Source: an uncultured Desulfosarcina sp.
Lineage (GTDB): Bacteria > Desulfobacterota > Desulfobacteria > Desulfobacterales > Desulfosarcinaceae
Length of the DNA stretch: 64,000 nt
Direction: 5' to 3'
NCBI GenBank assembly: GCA_963674945.2
Contig: CAXXWQ010000004.1
Location: forward strand, 3,232,001-3,296,000
Shown in pieces: positions 49,915 to 58,952 of the stretch. The translations under genes and the position numbers were made by a program. How positions within the stretch are numbered: the first letter of the stretch is position 1; each line of letters opens with the position of its first letter. Under the pieces are notes generated by a model. That model was not told the DNA's origin. It did no database searches and worked only from the letters and a program-made list of their open reading frames with translations.

Positions 49915-50859
49915 TTATTCTCTTCTTCCGACCAGGTATTGAGAAGTAATATGCTCCCACAAGTTTTCGGTTTTTCGAATTCTCCAGGAGACGTTTCCTT
50001 GTTGAACGATGGTCAACGGGGGTTGAAAGGTGCCATACTCGCCGGCGAAGAATCGTCGCATGGTATCGATGCCACGGGGACTGTACAATTTGTTACCGTT
50101 TCCGCTCAGCCAGCGTTCAGGAGGGGAGACGGCGGCGTCCCAGGAGAAGGGATCGGAGAAGAGAAACATGGAATCATTCTCACGAAGCACACGATCGACC
50201 TCTTCCAGGTGTCTGAGCGGATCCGGGACCTTTTCAAGAAGATTGATCGCCGATACGGTAGAGAACTCACCGGTTTCGAAGGGCAAGGCCAGGGCGTCGG
50301 CCACGATGAAGTCAACATTTTCAAGATGCCAGGTCTCGTCGAAATCACAACCTTTCGGATCGGTGAGATGCCCTTCGACGATCAAGTCGAAATCGAGTCT
50401 TTTACGTTGCGCGATTTCGCGGGCTTTTCGAATGAAAGCAATGGAGGTGTCCAGGCCGATGACCCGCTCATGGGTCTTTGCCAGCTCGAAAGTCAATCTC
50501 CCCACGGCGCATCCCACGTCCAGACCATCGCCACGCATCGCAGGCAGGCAGGACGACCAGATCTCGTAGGCGTTTGTCGCATCGGGATCGCCGAACAGAT
50601 CGCCGAAGTGGCTCCACAGATAGGCGGAAAGCATGATCGGCGCGTTGTATCCGGAATTGTCGTGGATGATCTCTTTCGTCTTTTCGGGCAAGACGACGGC
50701 AATGCCCTCTTCGATGGGATAGTGCTGCCCGCAGGTTGAACATCCGAGTGTTCCAGCCATGATTTCGTCTCTGTCTTCGTCTCGTATGGTCAGTTCCAAC
50801 GGTACATTCTGCGCCAAGCATGTGGGGCACCTGAGCTTTTCTGCCACCCATTTCTTCAT
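49915..50859 (-). CDS. Trm112-like zinc domain + SAM methyltransferase resembling the OvoA C-terminal (thiohistidine N-methyltransferase) domain
   Basis: CPTC/CSTC at the N-terminus; SAYLWSHFGD, LDVGCAVGRLTFELA, NLLEK, SDPFSW, ERWLSG, IRKTENLWEH. Confidence 0.8.
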   Translation of the reverse strand: MKKWVAEKLRCPTCLAQNVPLELTIRDEDRDEIMAGTLGCSTCGQHYPIEEGIAVVLPEKTKEIIHDNSGYNAPIMLSAYLWSHFGDLFGDPDATNAYEIWSSCLPAMRGDGLDVGCAVGRLTFELAKTHERVIGLDTSIAFIRKAREIAQRKRLDFDLIVEGHLTDPKGCDFDETWHLENVDFIVADALALPFETGEFSTVSAINLLEKVPDPLRHLEEVDRVLRENDSMFLFSDPFSWDAAVSPPERWLSGNGNKLYSPRGIDTMRRFFAGEYGTFQPPLTIVQQGNVSWRIRKTENLWEHITSQYLVGRRE

Positions 50860-51074
50860 GGTTTCTCCCAAAATTTCATGTGACGTTGATTAAAAAAGTG
50901 CTTATTATACCGGTGGTGCTATTTGGTTTCAAGAGTTTAGAAAAATCTGCGATAAATCGATCGAAACGTCGATGAACCGGTGTGACATCCTCTTGTCATG
51001 GTGTGGAGGAAGATGTAATAAGGTATAATCGTTCATCATTGATCAATTCAAGGGATTGTGAGTGTTTTCTTTCC

Positions 51075-52196
51075 ATGCGCGCCATTTTCAATATCGCCTT
51101 CAAGAATCTGCTTCGTAACAGACTTCGCAGCATCATGACCATTTGTGGAACGGGTGTCGGTTTGTCCCTCTTCATCGTTTTGATGACCATCGCCCATAGT
51201 GTGAAAGGCCAGCTCCATCACATGATCGACGGATTCGGCGTCGATGTGGTGGTCCAGGCCGGTGGAACACCCAACCCCATCTCTTCCCGCATCGCCGTGT
51301 CGGACATCGCGGCGTTGTCTGCGCTTCCCGGCGTTCGGTCGGCCAGTGGTCTGATTGTGGGCTCCAAGCGCCTCTCCTGGAATCGGTATTTCGTGCTTAT
51401 GGGGGCCGATCCGTCGGCACCGATCATGACGCAGTTTCCCATCGTTCACGGAACCATCTTTTCCAAGGATGAAAAACAGATTCTCATCGGCTCTCTTCTT
51501 GCCAAACGGCGCAAATTGCGTGTCGGCGACACCATCCGACTGGATCGTCATGGCGATTATCGGATCTGCGGGATATTCAATACCGGGGTTCGTGTGTTCG
51601 ATGGCGCCGCATTCCTGGGATTGTCCCAGGCCCAAAAGGTCCTTCAACGAAAAGACCAGGTGAACCTCGTAGTGGCCCGGTTGGACGAGCAGACATCGGA
51701 GAAAACGGTCATGGCGCGCATATCGGAGAAATTTCCCCATCTGGAGGTGATGCCCGGATTGGATTTTGTGGGTCAGATACGGGTCTTCGATACGATATTG
51801 GGTTTTGCCAAAGCCATTGGGGCGTTATCTCTCATCGCCTGTTGTATCACGGTAATGGACACCTTGCTCATGGCCATATCCGAGCGAACAAAGGAGATCG
51901 GAATTCTCATGGCCATCGGTTGGAGTCGATGGCAGATCGTATGGATCATTCTCAGCGAATCGCTTCTCATCTGTTTGATGGGCAGCATGGCGGGGAACCT
52001 GTTCGGGACACTGTTTTTGTGGATGACCAACGATACGCAACTGTTGGGTATCGGATGGGTGCCGGTTTTTCCTTCACCAACCATTGCAATTTCGGCGGTG
52101 GGGCTGGGTATCGCCATGGGATGCATGAGCGCCGCCTATCCCGCCGTGGTCGCATGGCGCATGTTGCCGGCAACGGCACTCCGCTTTGAAAAATAA
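51075..52196 (+). CDS. MacB/FtsX-type ABC permease
   Basis: KNLLRNRLRS, ERTKEIGILMAIGW, four TM helices. Confidence 0.9.
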   Translation: MRAIFNIAFKNLLRNRLRSIMTICGTGVGLSLFIVLMTIAHSVKGQLHHMIDGFGVDVVVQAGGTPNPISSRIAVSDIAALSALPGVRSASGLIVGSKRLSWNRYFVLMGADPSAPIMTQFPIVHGTIFSKDEKQILIGSLLAKRRKLRVGDTIRLDRHGDYRICGIFNTGVRVFDGAAFLGLSQAQKVLQRKDQVNLVVARLDEQTSEKTVMARISEKFPHLEVMPGLDFVGQIRVFDTILGFAKAIGALSLIACCITVMDTLLMAISERTKEIGILMAIGWSRWQIVWIILSESLLICLMGSMAGNLFGTLFLWMTNDTQLLGIGWVPVFPSPTIAISAVGLGIAMGCMSAAYPAVVAWRMLPATALRFEK

Positions 52197-52226
52197 AAGA
52201 CGTTGATCCTAAAAATGGAACGAACC

Positions 52227-52907
52227 ATGCCGCTTCTATCGGTTAAAGACGTGAGAAAGACCTATGACAACGGGCGGACCGTGGCCCTGTCCGGTGTGAC
52301 CATGGCATTGGAAAAGGGAGCGGCATTGGCGATCATGGGACCGTCGGGCAGCGGAAAGAGCACACTGCTGAATCTGCTGGGTACCCTGGATCGACCCACC
52401 GATGGAGAGATCCGTTTCGGCGGCAAAGATCTTTTTTCCCATATTCCGTTGCATCGTTTCCGTTCCCGAAATATTGGTTTTGTTTTTCAATTCCACCACC
52501 TGATTCCCAGCTTGACCCTACTGGAAAATGTGGAACTGGCACTGGTTCCCTGGGGTATTTCCGCTGCCCGAAGACGTGCGCGTGCACAAAGCGCATTGGA
52601 ACAGATGAACCTTACCTCCCGGCAATCTTCACTTCCTCCCCAGACTTCCGGTGGTGAACGGCAACGGGCCGCCATCGCCAGGGCATTGGTTCACCAGCCG
52701 AAACTGGTACTGGCCGACGAGCCTACCGGCCACCTGGATACCAAAAACGGAGAGATGGTGATGAATCTGCTTATGACCAATTGTCGTGAGAATGGCACCA
52801 CCGTTGTCGTCGCCACCCATGATCCGGAGATTGCCGCTTTGGCCGACCGGCAGCTGTATATGCGAAATGGAAGAATCATCTCGAAGGAGAAGACAAAAGA
52901 GGCTTGA
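52227..52907 (+). CDS. LolD/MacB-type ABC ATPase
   Basis: GPSGSGKS, SGGERQR, LADEPTG, VATHD. Confidence 0.93.
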   Translation: MPLLSVKDVRKTYDNGRTVALSGVTMALEKGAALAIMGPSGSGKSTLLNLLGTLDRPTDGEIRFGGKDLFSHIPLHRFRSRNIGFVFQFHHLIPSLTLLENVELALVPWGISAARRRARAQSALEQMNLTSRQSSLPPQTSGGERQRAAIARALVHQPKLVLADEPTGHLDTKNGEMVMNLLMTNCRENGTTVVVATHDPEIAALADRQLYMRNGRIISKEKTKEA

Positions 52908-52944
52908 AACACGACGTCATTCTTCTACTTTTCTTTCTCTTACG

Positions 52945-53412
52945 CTATACTTCGTCCTTCATATCCAATTCGTGGGTAATGTCGATGGCTTCGATAACGC
53001 TCTGGGCCGCCGGACACAAGGTGATATAGTTATCGAACGCCTTCTCTGCTTCAGGGCGTTTGTCCGGCGGAAGCACGAGGCGATAGTGAACGTGAATACG
53101 GGTGATTTTCAATACGCCATTGACGTCTTCGATGTCTCCGGTCACCGTAGCCGTGTAGCGGTCCTGAAAGGTTCGAATTTTCTTTTTGGCCAGCACCGTG
53201 GCCAACGTGCCCATCATTCACCCGCCCACGGCGCCCACAATATGGTCCAATGTGGCGGCGTGTTCCTCCTCCGGATCGACCTTGTAGAAGTGTTTGATGC
53301 CCCCATGTACGCCATAGTAGACCGGCTGGTCAAATCCCCGGATGTGCGCGATTCGTGTGGGGCCTTTTTCCCTTGTTATAGTGATATGGGATTGATGAAC
53401 GACCTTTTTCAT
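52945..53412 (-). CDS. Selenocysteine-containing OsmC/Ohr-like protein (155 aa, Sec65)
   Basis: Two adjacent ORFs are in frame across TGA 53218-53220: DHIVGAVGG-U-MMGTL; second Cys in TLCPAAQS; GGAGG RBS before ATG 53412. Confidence 0.88.
53186..53205 (-). promoter_or_regulatory. SECIS-like hairpin (OsmC-like gene)
   Basis: TTGGCCA-CGGTGC-TGGCCAA, 12 nt after the UGA. Confidence 0.7.
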
Positions 53413-53522
53413 GAGTCCCTCCTTTGGTCTCCTGGATGAAGTGACAAACAATCAACTCCAACAAAATAGGGACGGTTTTGCGGGATGTAAATTTGACGGA
53501 TTCGAAAGAACTGCCCGGGGAT

Positions 53523-54236
53523 CTACTCTTTCGCCTCAAACACCAGTTGTCTGCCGGGGGCCGGCAGCAAATCTTCGAACACGGCGATTTCTTTGGCCAA
53601 CAGGGTCGGGTTGCTGAAAGAAGGGAAGGGGCGGTGCCTGTTGTCGGCAAAGGGGTGGCGGGTCGGTTCCGTTGGGTCTAAAATCATATTCGTGTAGCAG
53701 AAGACGCCGTATCGGACGAAACCAAAACCCCCGGCCAATGGCAGCTCGTGGCGCAATCCGGTAAGGTTTTCGATGATATTTTTTTCTACGGGCATGATGG
53801 CCGCACCGGTGAACAAGTCATTGAACAAGTTCGAAACCGGTCGGATGTCGTTCGGGCCTTTACAGTATATCGTGGCAAACTTTCCCTCTACCTCACCGGA
53901 AAAGCTTTCATACACCGCTTTGGATCGGGCATATTTGAAAACCAATCCTTCAGAGGCCGTGTGCACGGCGAAATATTGTACCGCACGTCGGGCTTTCTCG
54001 TAATCGGAAGGGTAGATGGTCAGGTGTATCTTCCATCCGGCGACATACCACTTCAAGTCTCTTCGCATCTGGGGCGTCAGTGAGCCGACCGTGGACGAGC
54101 GCAATCTGAAGGACTGTCGGCTCTCATCCCAATATCGGGCAACTGCCTTGTAGTCACTTTTGCGAAATGAGCCAATGGTATGCCACGTCACGGTCAATGG
54201 TTCCTTTGTTTTTGTTCTGGCCGGTGCCAACATCAC
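53523..54236 (-). CDS. Hypothetical protein resembling the N-terminal phospho-Ser/Thr lyase domain of LanKC/RamC
   Basis: GWKIHLT...VFKY...GKFATIY...VRYG in the expected order. Confidence 0.6.
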   Translation of the reverse strand: MMLAPARTKTKEPLTVTWHTIGSFRKSDYKAVARYWDESRQSFRLRSSTVGSLTPQMRRDLKWYVAGWKIHLTIYPSDYEKARRAVQYFAVHTASEGLVFKYARSKAVYESFSGEVEGKFATIYCKGPNDIRPVSNLFNDLFTGAAIMPVEKNIIENLTGLRHELPLAGGFGFVRYGVFCYTNMILDPTEPTRHPFADNRHRPFPSFSNPTLLAKEIAVFEDLLPAPGRQLVFEAKE

Positions 54237-54299
54237 GATGTTTCCGGTATGCCCAATAGTATCGGCAATTGTAAGGTTTCCTTTACCATTGGTTCGGCA

Positions 54300-55007
54300 C
54301 TATTTCGAGCGATCCCGAACCACCTTTCCTGTTTTCCCAATGGACTGTTTTGCCAAAGCGCTGCGATGCTTTTGGATCGCTTCCACGACATAGGGGTAAA
54401 CCGTCTGCGCGATACGGTCGTGACCGTCGGCATTGGGATGGATGCTGTCCGCCTGGTTGAGATGGTCCCGGGCGGCGACGCCCTCCAGAAAGAAGGGAAT
54501 GAGGATCACTCCGTGTCTTTCGGCGACCTGCGGATAAATTTGTGAAAAGTCACAAACGTAGGCGGGGCCGAGATTGGGAAGCATCTGCATTCCTGCCAGA
54601 ACCACTTGAATCTGGTGATCTTTCAAGATGGTGACCAGCCGGTCCAGGTTCGTTTCGATCAGTTCGAGATCAAGGCCTCGCATTCCGTCGTTGGCACCGG
54701 TTTCCAAAATGACGATGTCGGGAACCAGGCTTGAGATGATCCAGTCGATGCGTGACAGCATGCCGCTGCTGGTCTCTCCGCTGACTCCGGCATTGACCAC
54801 ATGGTAATGGTATCCGGCGGCCTCGATCCGTTGGGCCAATCGTGCCGGATAGGCCTCCCTTTCCATAACGCCCAGCCCGGCGGTCAGGCTGTCTCCCAAG
54901 GCCACGATGGTGCCTTCATAGGTTTTTTGCGATGGTTGTGGCACGGTATCGGGTTGGGATGCCGGCGGTTTTTTATTGCACCCTATGGTAAACAGTACAA
55001 AGATCAT
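54300..55007 (-). CDS. tesA: TesA-like arylesterase (SGNH), probable lipoprotein (start uncertain)
   Basis: LGDSLTAG, NAGVSGET, GANDG, DSIHPN; TIGC lipobox. Confidence 0.88.
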   Translation of the reverse strand: MIFVLFTIGCNKKPPASQPDTVPQPSQKTYEGTIVALGDSLTAGLGVMEREAYPARLAQRIEAAGYHYHVVNAGVSGETSSGMLSRIDWIISSLVPDIVILETGANDGMRGLDLELIETNLDRLVTILKDHQIQVVLAGMQMLPNLGPAYVCDFSQIYPQVAERHGVILIPFFLEGVAARDHLNQADSIHPNADGHDRIAQTVYPYVVEAIQKHRSALAKQSIGKTGKVVRDRSK

Positions 55008-55060
55008 CACCAGTGTCAGGATGAACCGAGTTGACGCAAAAAATAACTTTGGCTTTTTGA

Positions 55061-55159
55061 TAAAAAGCTTTTCCCATTTCAGAGAATCGGCAACAAGAGG
55101 GAAAATGAGTTTATTATTGGACGGTTTTTTGGCGATGCTCGTCCTGGAAAAGTTTTTTA
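55061..55159. repeat. 99-bp element with terminal inverted repeats, copy 2
   Basis: Reverse-oriented homologue of 26345-26443. Confidence 0.75.
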
Positions 55160-55167
55160 CGGATACA

Positions 55168-57663
55168 TTACCCATTTTGCTGCTTCCTCAGATAGGTGAC
55201 AGGCTTTTTTGCCATGATCGAACGCGATGCACCCAATCCCACCGCCACCACCAGTATGACGGTGAGACCGACCATGGCGGTGGATGCCGCTATGAAAGGC
55301 CGGTACCCGATATCGAATTGTTCCGTGCAGATCCAGTAGGCGATGGACTGTGCCATGGCAAGGCCAAGGAGACCTCCCAGCAGTCCAATAAGAATGTTTT
55401 CCAGGGCGAACACGGTCCAGACGAATCGGCGGTCTGCTCCCAGAATCTTGTAATACGCAGATTCGGCGATCCGTTCGGAACGGGTTGCGGATACGGAACT
55501 CGCCAAGATCAACATGCCGCTTGCGATGCTGAAGAAGGCAAATACAAACATGATGCGTGAAAGCCGTTCCAGGAGTCGAACCAGGGTGCCGATGGTCTGG
55601 GACAGGTCGATGACACTCACGTTGGGAAATTGGGCAACCAGTCTGTTTTGCAGAGGGCCGACTTGTCCGGGGGGTATTTCTATGGCACAAAACAGGGTCT
55701 GGGGCGCCTTTTCGAGAACGGATGTCGGAAACACAAAGTAGAAGAAGGGGGAAAAGGATTGTTTTTCCCGGCTTCGAATGCTGGCGACGCGGGCGGTCAG
55801 GGGAACACCTTGAATCTTGAACTGGATTCGATCGCCGATCTTCATTGGGTGCATGGAAGCGATCGTATCCATGATCGATACCTGGGGTTCGGTCCACTTA
55901 TCATGAAACAGGGTGTCACCATCAATAATGGATTCGTCTGCAAGGAGGCTTTCCCGGTACGTGAGGTTGAAGACCCGCGAAAGGTTGTCCCGGCGTTTCC
56001 GTTTTTCCTTTTGGTAGTCGATGTTTTGACTGTTTACCGCCGTGATACGGGCTCTGACGACGGGATAGAACCGAACAGGGCGGTCCACGGCTTTCTGGAA
56101 GGCTTCGACCTGGTGGGGCTGGACATCCAGGAAATAGACGTTCGGGGTGTCTGCGGGGAAGGCATGGACGAAGGTGACGGCAAGGTTTCGTTCCAGGAGA
56201 AGGTCTCCGAAGATTACAGACAGGGAGACGGTCAGGGTGATCAGGACGCTTTTCGTGGCGTTTCCCCGTCGAAAGAGACCGCGGGCAGCCTGGCGAAGGG
56301 CCAGGTTCCGGATGGGCAGGCGCTTCACGACGGCCAATGCCAGCTGGGCCACCAGGGCCGAAAAGAGGATCATGCCACCCATGGTGCCGACGAATCGGAC
56401 ACCGAACCGAATATCCGCCATGTGCCAAGCCACCAGGCCCAGAAAAAAGAGTACGAGGGAAACAGATGCGATGGTTGCGGGCCATCGTGAGGTTCGTGTC
56501 GGCGGACGGCGGTACAAGATGGTGACCGGGCGCATCTGTCCGAGCCGATAAAGGGGAAGGGCGGAAAAGAGGAGCACGATGATTCCTCCCATGGCCAAGG
56601 CTTCCACCACACCGCCCAGAGAAAAGGTCCAGCTGACCCGACCGGGCAACATGGGGGAGAGGCGCCAGAACAAAACACTCTGGGCCGCCATACCGGCAAC
56701 GATTCCGACGATGGTGCCTATCGCGGCCAGCGCAAACACCATGAAAAGAAAGTGGGTGATGATATACCGGGTACCGGCTCCCACGGTCTTCATGACGGCC
56801 ACGGTGGATTGGTTTTCGTTGAAAAGGGCCATCAATGTGCTTTGAATGCCGATTCCGGATACGGCCAGAATGAAAAGTCCAACCAGTTTCAAAAAGAAGA
56901 GAAAGTTGTCAAAAAATCGTTTCACGGCAGAACGGGCGGTCCGAAAGGTGTCCACGCGTTCTCCGGCCATGGGGGCAATGTTTCGCAAACGGGCTGCCAC
57001 GGCATCTATCCCCTGCGGATCCAGTGCCTTGATCAGTACCTTTCGCCGGATGCGGCTGCCGGTTGCCAAAAGGCCCGTTGATGCAAGATCCGCATCGTGG
57101 ATGAAAACGCGCGGTCCCAGAGTGAAAAGCGCCAGTGGACGATCCGGCTCGTTTGTCACCACGTCGACAATTTTCAATGTAGCGTGGCCGACCTTAACCT
57201 TGTCTCCTATGCTTAGCCCCGTGCGTCCGAGCAGATTTTTGGCCACGATGCAGGTGCCGGGGGTGAGTTTTTCATCAAATTTTCCACCCGATGCAAGAAC
57301 TACGTTGCCGTAGAAGGGGTAACCGGGGGAGACTGCCTTGATCATGGAAAGGACCGACGCCGTTTCGTCCGCCGTCAGTACTACCGAGTAGAATTCATGG
57401 ACGTTGGCCCGAAGAATCTTACCCTGCGCTGCCAATCCATTGATGGCACGAATCATGTCGTCCGAGATAGGGTCTGGGGATTGAACGATGATGTCTGCCG
57501 CATGGAGGCTTCGGGCATCTTTTTCCAGGGCCAGTTTAACATTACGGGCAAAGCCGGAAACGGCGGTCAGGGCGGCAAGGGACAAAGCAACGCAGAGGGC
57601 GAAGAATCCGGCCTGCTTGGATGATCGCCGTACCTGGCGGAAAATGGTGGGCAGATGGCGCAT
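55168..57663 (-). CDS. YbbP-like double-FtsX ABC permease
   Basis: 831 aa with two permease repeats; lies between the ABC ATPase and tesA. Confidence 0.88.
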   Translation of the reverse strand: MRHLPTIFRQVRRSSKQAGFFALCVALSLAALTAVSGFARNVKLALEKDARSLHAADIIVQSPDPISDDMIRAINGLAAQGKILRANVHEFYSVVLTADETASVLSMIKAVSPGYPFYGNVVLASGGKFDEKLTPGTCIVAKNLLGRTGLSIGDKVKVGHATLKIVDVVTNEPDRPLALFTLGPRVFIHDADLASTGLLATGSRIRRKVLIKALDPQGIDAVAARLRNIAPMAGERVDTFRTARSAVKRFFDNFLFFLKLVGLFILAVSGIGIQSTLMALFNENQSTVAVMKTVGAGTRYIITHFLFMVFALAAIGTIVGIVAGMAAQSVLFWRLSPMLPGRVSWTFSLGGVVEALAMGGIIVLLFSALPLYRLGQMRPVTILYRRPPTRTSRWPATIASVSLVLFFLGLVAWHMADIRFGVRFVGTMGGMILFSALVAQLALAVVKRLPIRNLALRQAARGLFRRGNATKSVLITLTVSLSVIFGDLLLERNLAVTFVHAFPADTPNVYFLDVQPHQVEAFQKAVDRPVRFYPVVRARITAVNSQNIDYQKEKRKRRDNLSRVFNLTYRESLLADESIIDGDTLFHDKWTEPQVSIMDTIASMHPMKIGDRIQFKIQGVPLTARVASIRSREKQSFSPFFYFVFPTSVLEKAPQTLFCAIEIPPGQVGPLQNRLVAQFPNVSVIDLSQTIGTLVRLLERLSRIMFVFAFFSIASGMLILASSVSATRSERIAESAYYKILGADRRFVWTVFALENILIGLLGGLLGLAMAQSIAYWICTEQFDIGYRPFIAASTAMVGLTVILVVAVGLGASRSIMAKKPVTYLRKQQNG

Positions 57664-57664
57664 G

Positions 57665-58360
57665 CTATCCCGCTGTCTGGAAGGTGGTCCGGGTCTCAGC
57701 CATGAGACGGCCGTCCACGAGGGGCAGCAGTCGGCCGGCGAAACGGGCGATCTGTGGGTTGTGGGTGACCAGGATCAGCGTGGCGCCCTACTCCTTTCTC
57801 AAGGCCATCAGTTGGTTCAGGACGAGCCTCCCATTTTCCGAGTCCAGGTTACCCGTGGGTTCATCGGCAAAGACCAGTTTGGGACGGTTGATCAATGCGC
57901 GGCATAGGGCCACGCGCTGTTTTTCACCGCCGGAGAGCTGGGTCGGTAAGTTGTCGGCCCGCTCCAGAAGCCCCACCCGCTCCAAGAGGTCGTCGGCACG
58001 GGCACAGGCATCGGGGTCTTTGTTGAGTTCGGCCGGAAACCGGACATTTTCCCTGGCGGTCATGGACGGTATCAGGTGAAAGGACTGGAAGACGAAACCG
58101 ATTGTCCGATTCCGGAGTGTGGTAAGGTCCGCTTCTCCGGCGCCGGTGATCTCCATGCCGTCAACAGTCACCCGGCCCGATGTCGGATGGTCCAGACCCG
58201 AAAGCAGGGTCAGCAGTGTTGTCTTTCCACTTCCGCTGCTGCCGGTGATGACGACGAACTCCCCTTTTTCAACGGTCATGGATACATCGGAAAGGACGCT
58301 GATCACCCGGTGATTGACCGTGTAGGTCTTGAACAGATTGTGTGCCTCGAGCAGGGCCAT
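57665..58360 (-). CDS. YbbA-like ABC ATPase interrupted by an in-frame TAG (nonsense or amber recoding)
   Basis: GSSGSGKT, LSGGEKQR, FADEPTGNLD. After TAG 57788-57790 the frame continues GATLILVTHNP...VDGRL to a stop at 57665. Confidence 0.85.
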
Positions 58361-58375
58361 AACGGAAGGGCCTTT

Positions 58376-58837
58376 CTACTTTTCATGCAACACCTGCAAC
58401 TTGGCGTCGATCAACTGTTTGTGGGAAAGGCGCAGCAGTTTCGACACTTTGTTCATCAGGTAGTGTTCGTGCCGATCCATCTTGCCGTCCACGTAGACGA
58501 CACGCCACAGGCGTCTGACCAGTTTCTCTTTGTCGGCCGGAGTATAGTGGTCATTGATTACCCGTGCAAACTGCCATAGATCGACGCTCTCTTCCAACTC
58601 GCGGTCTGCTTCTCCCATCAGGGTGTCGGCATCCTCTTTGGAAAGGCCATACTTTTGCTGTAAGATGGAAAGCACCTTTGCCAGTTCTTCATTTGTGAAG
58701 CTTTCGTCAATTCGTCCCATTTCCAAGAACAGGGCGCATACGGCCACGTTCAGGTCATTTTCGCTGTTTTTTTCACCGGGTGTTTCAGCTTCAGACAAGG
58801 CACCAAACAATCGTTTTAATTTTTCCAGCATGGTCAT
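58376..58837 (-). CDS. TerB-family protein
   Basis: ALFLEMGRID...DLWQFARVIN...LWRVVYVDG...E. Confidence 0.85.
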   Translation of the reverse strand: MTMLEKLKRLFGALSEAETPGEKNSENDLNVAVCALFLEMGRIDESFTNEELAKVLSILQQKYGLSKEDADTLMGEADRELEESVDLWQFARVINDHYTPADKEKLVRRLWRVVYVDGKMDRHEHYLMNKVSKLLRLSHKQLIDAKLQVLHEK

Positions 58838-58952
58838 TGTTCCCTTTTATTGTCCGGTTGATTTGTTGCATTCATCGTGGTCAGTTTTTTTCCAAGGACG
58901 CGAGATTTGCCGGATCGGCAATCTCGTTCCAACATGCGTCGAGATCATTGGG

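Noticed and set aside
55008..55175. Long N-terminus of the tesA ORF
   Set aside because: It is largely translated from the 99-bp repeat; the same KWEKLFI peptide appears in a spurious ORF at about 26430.
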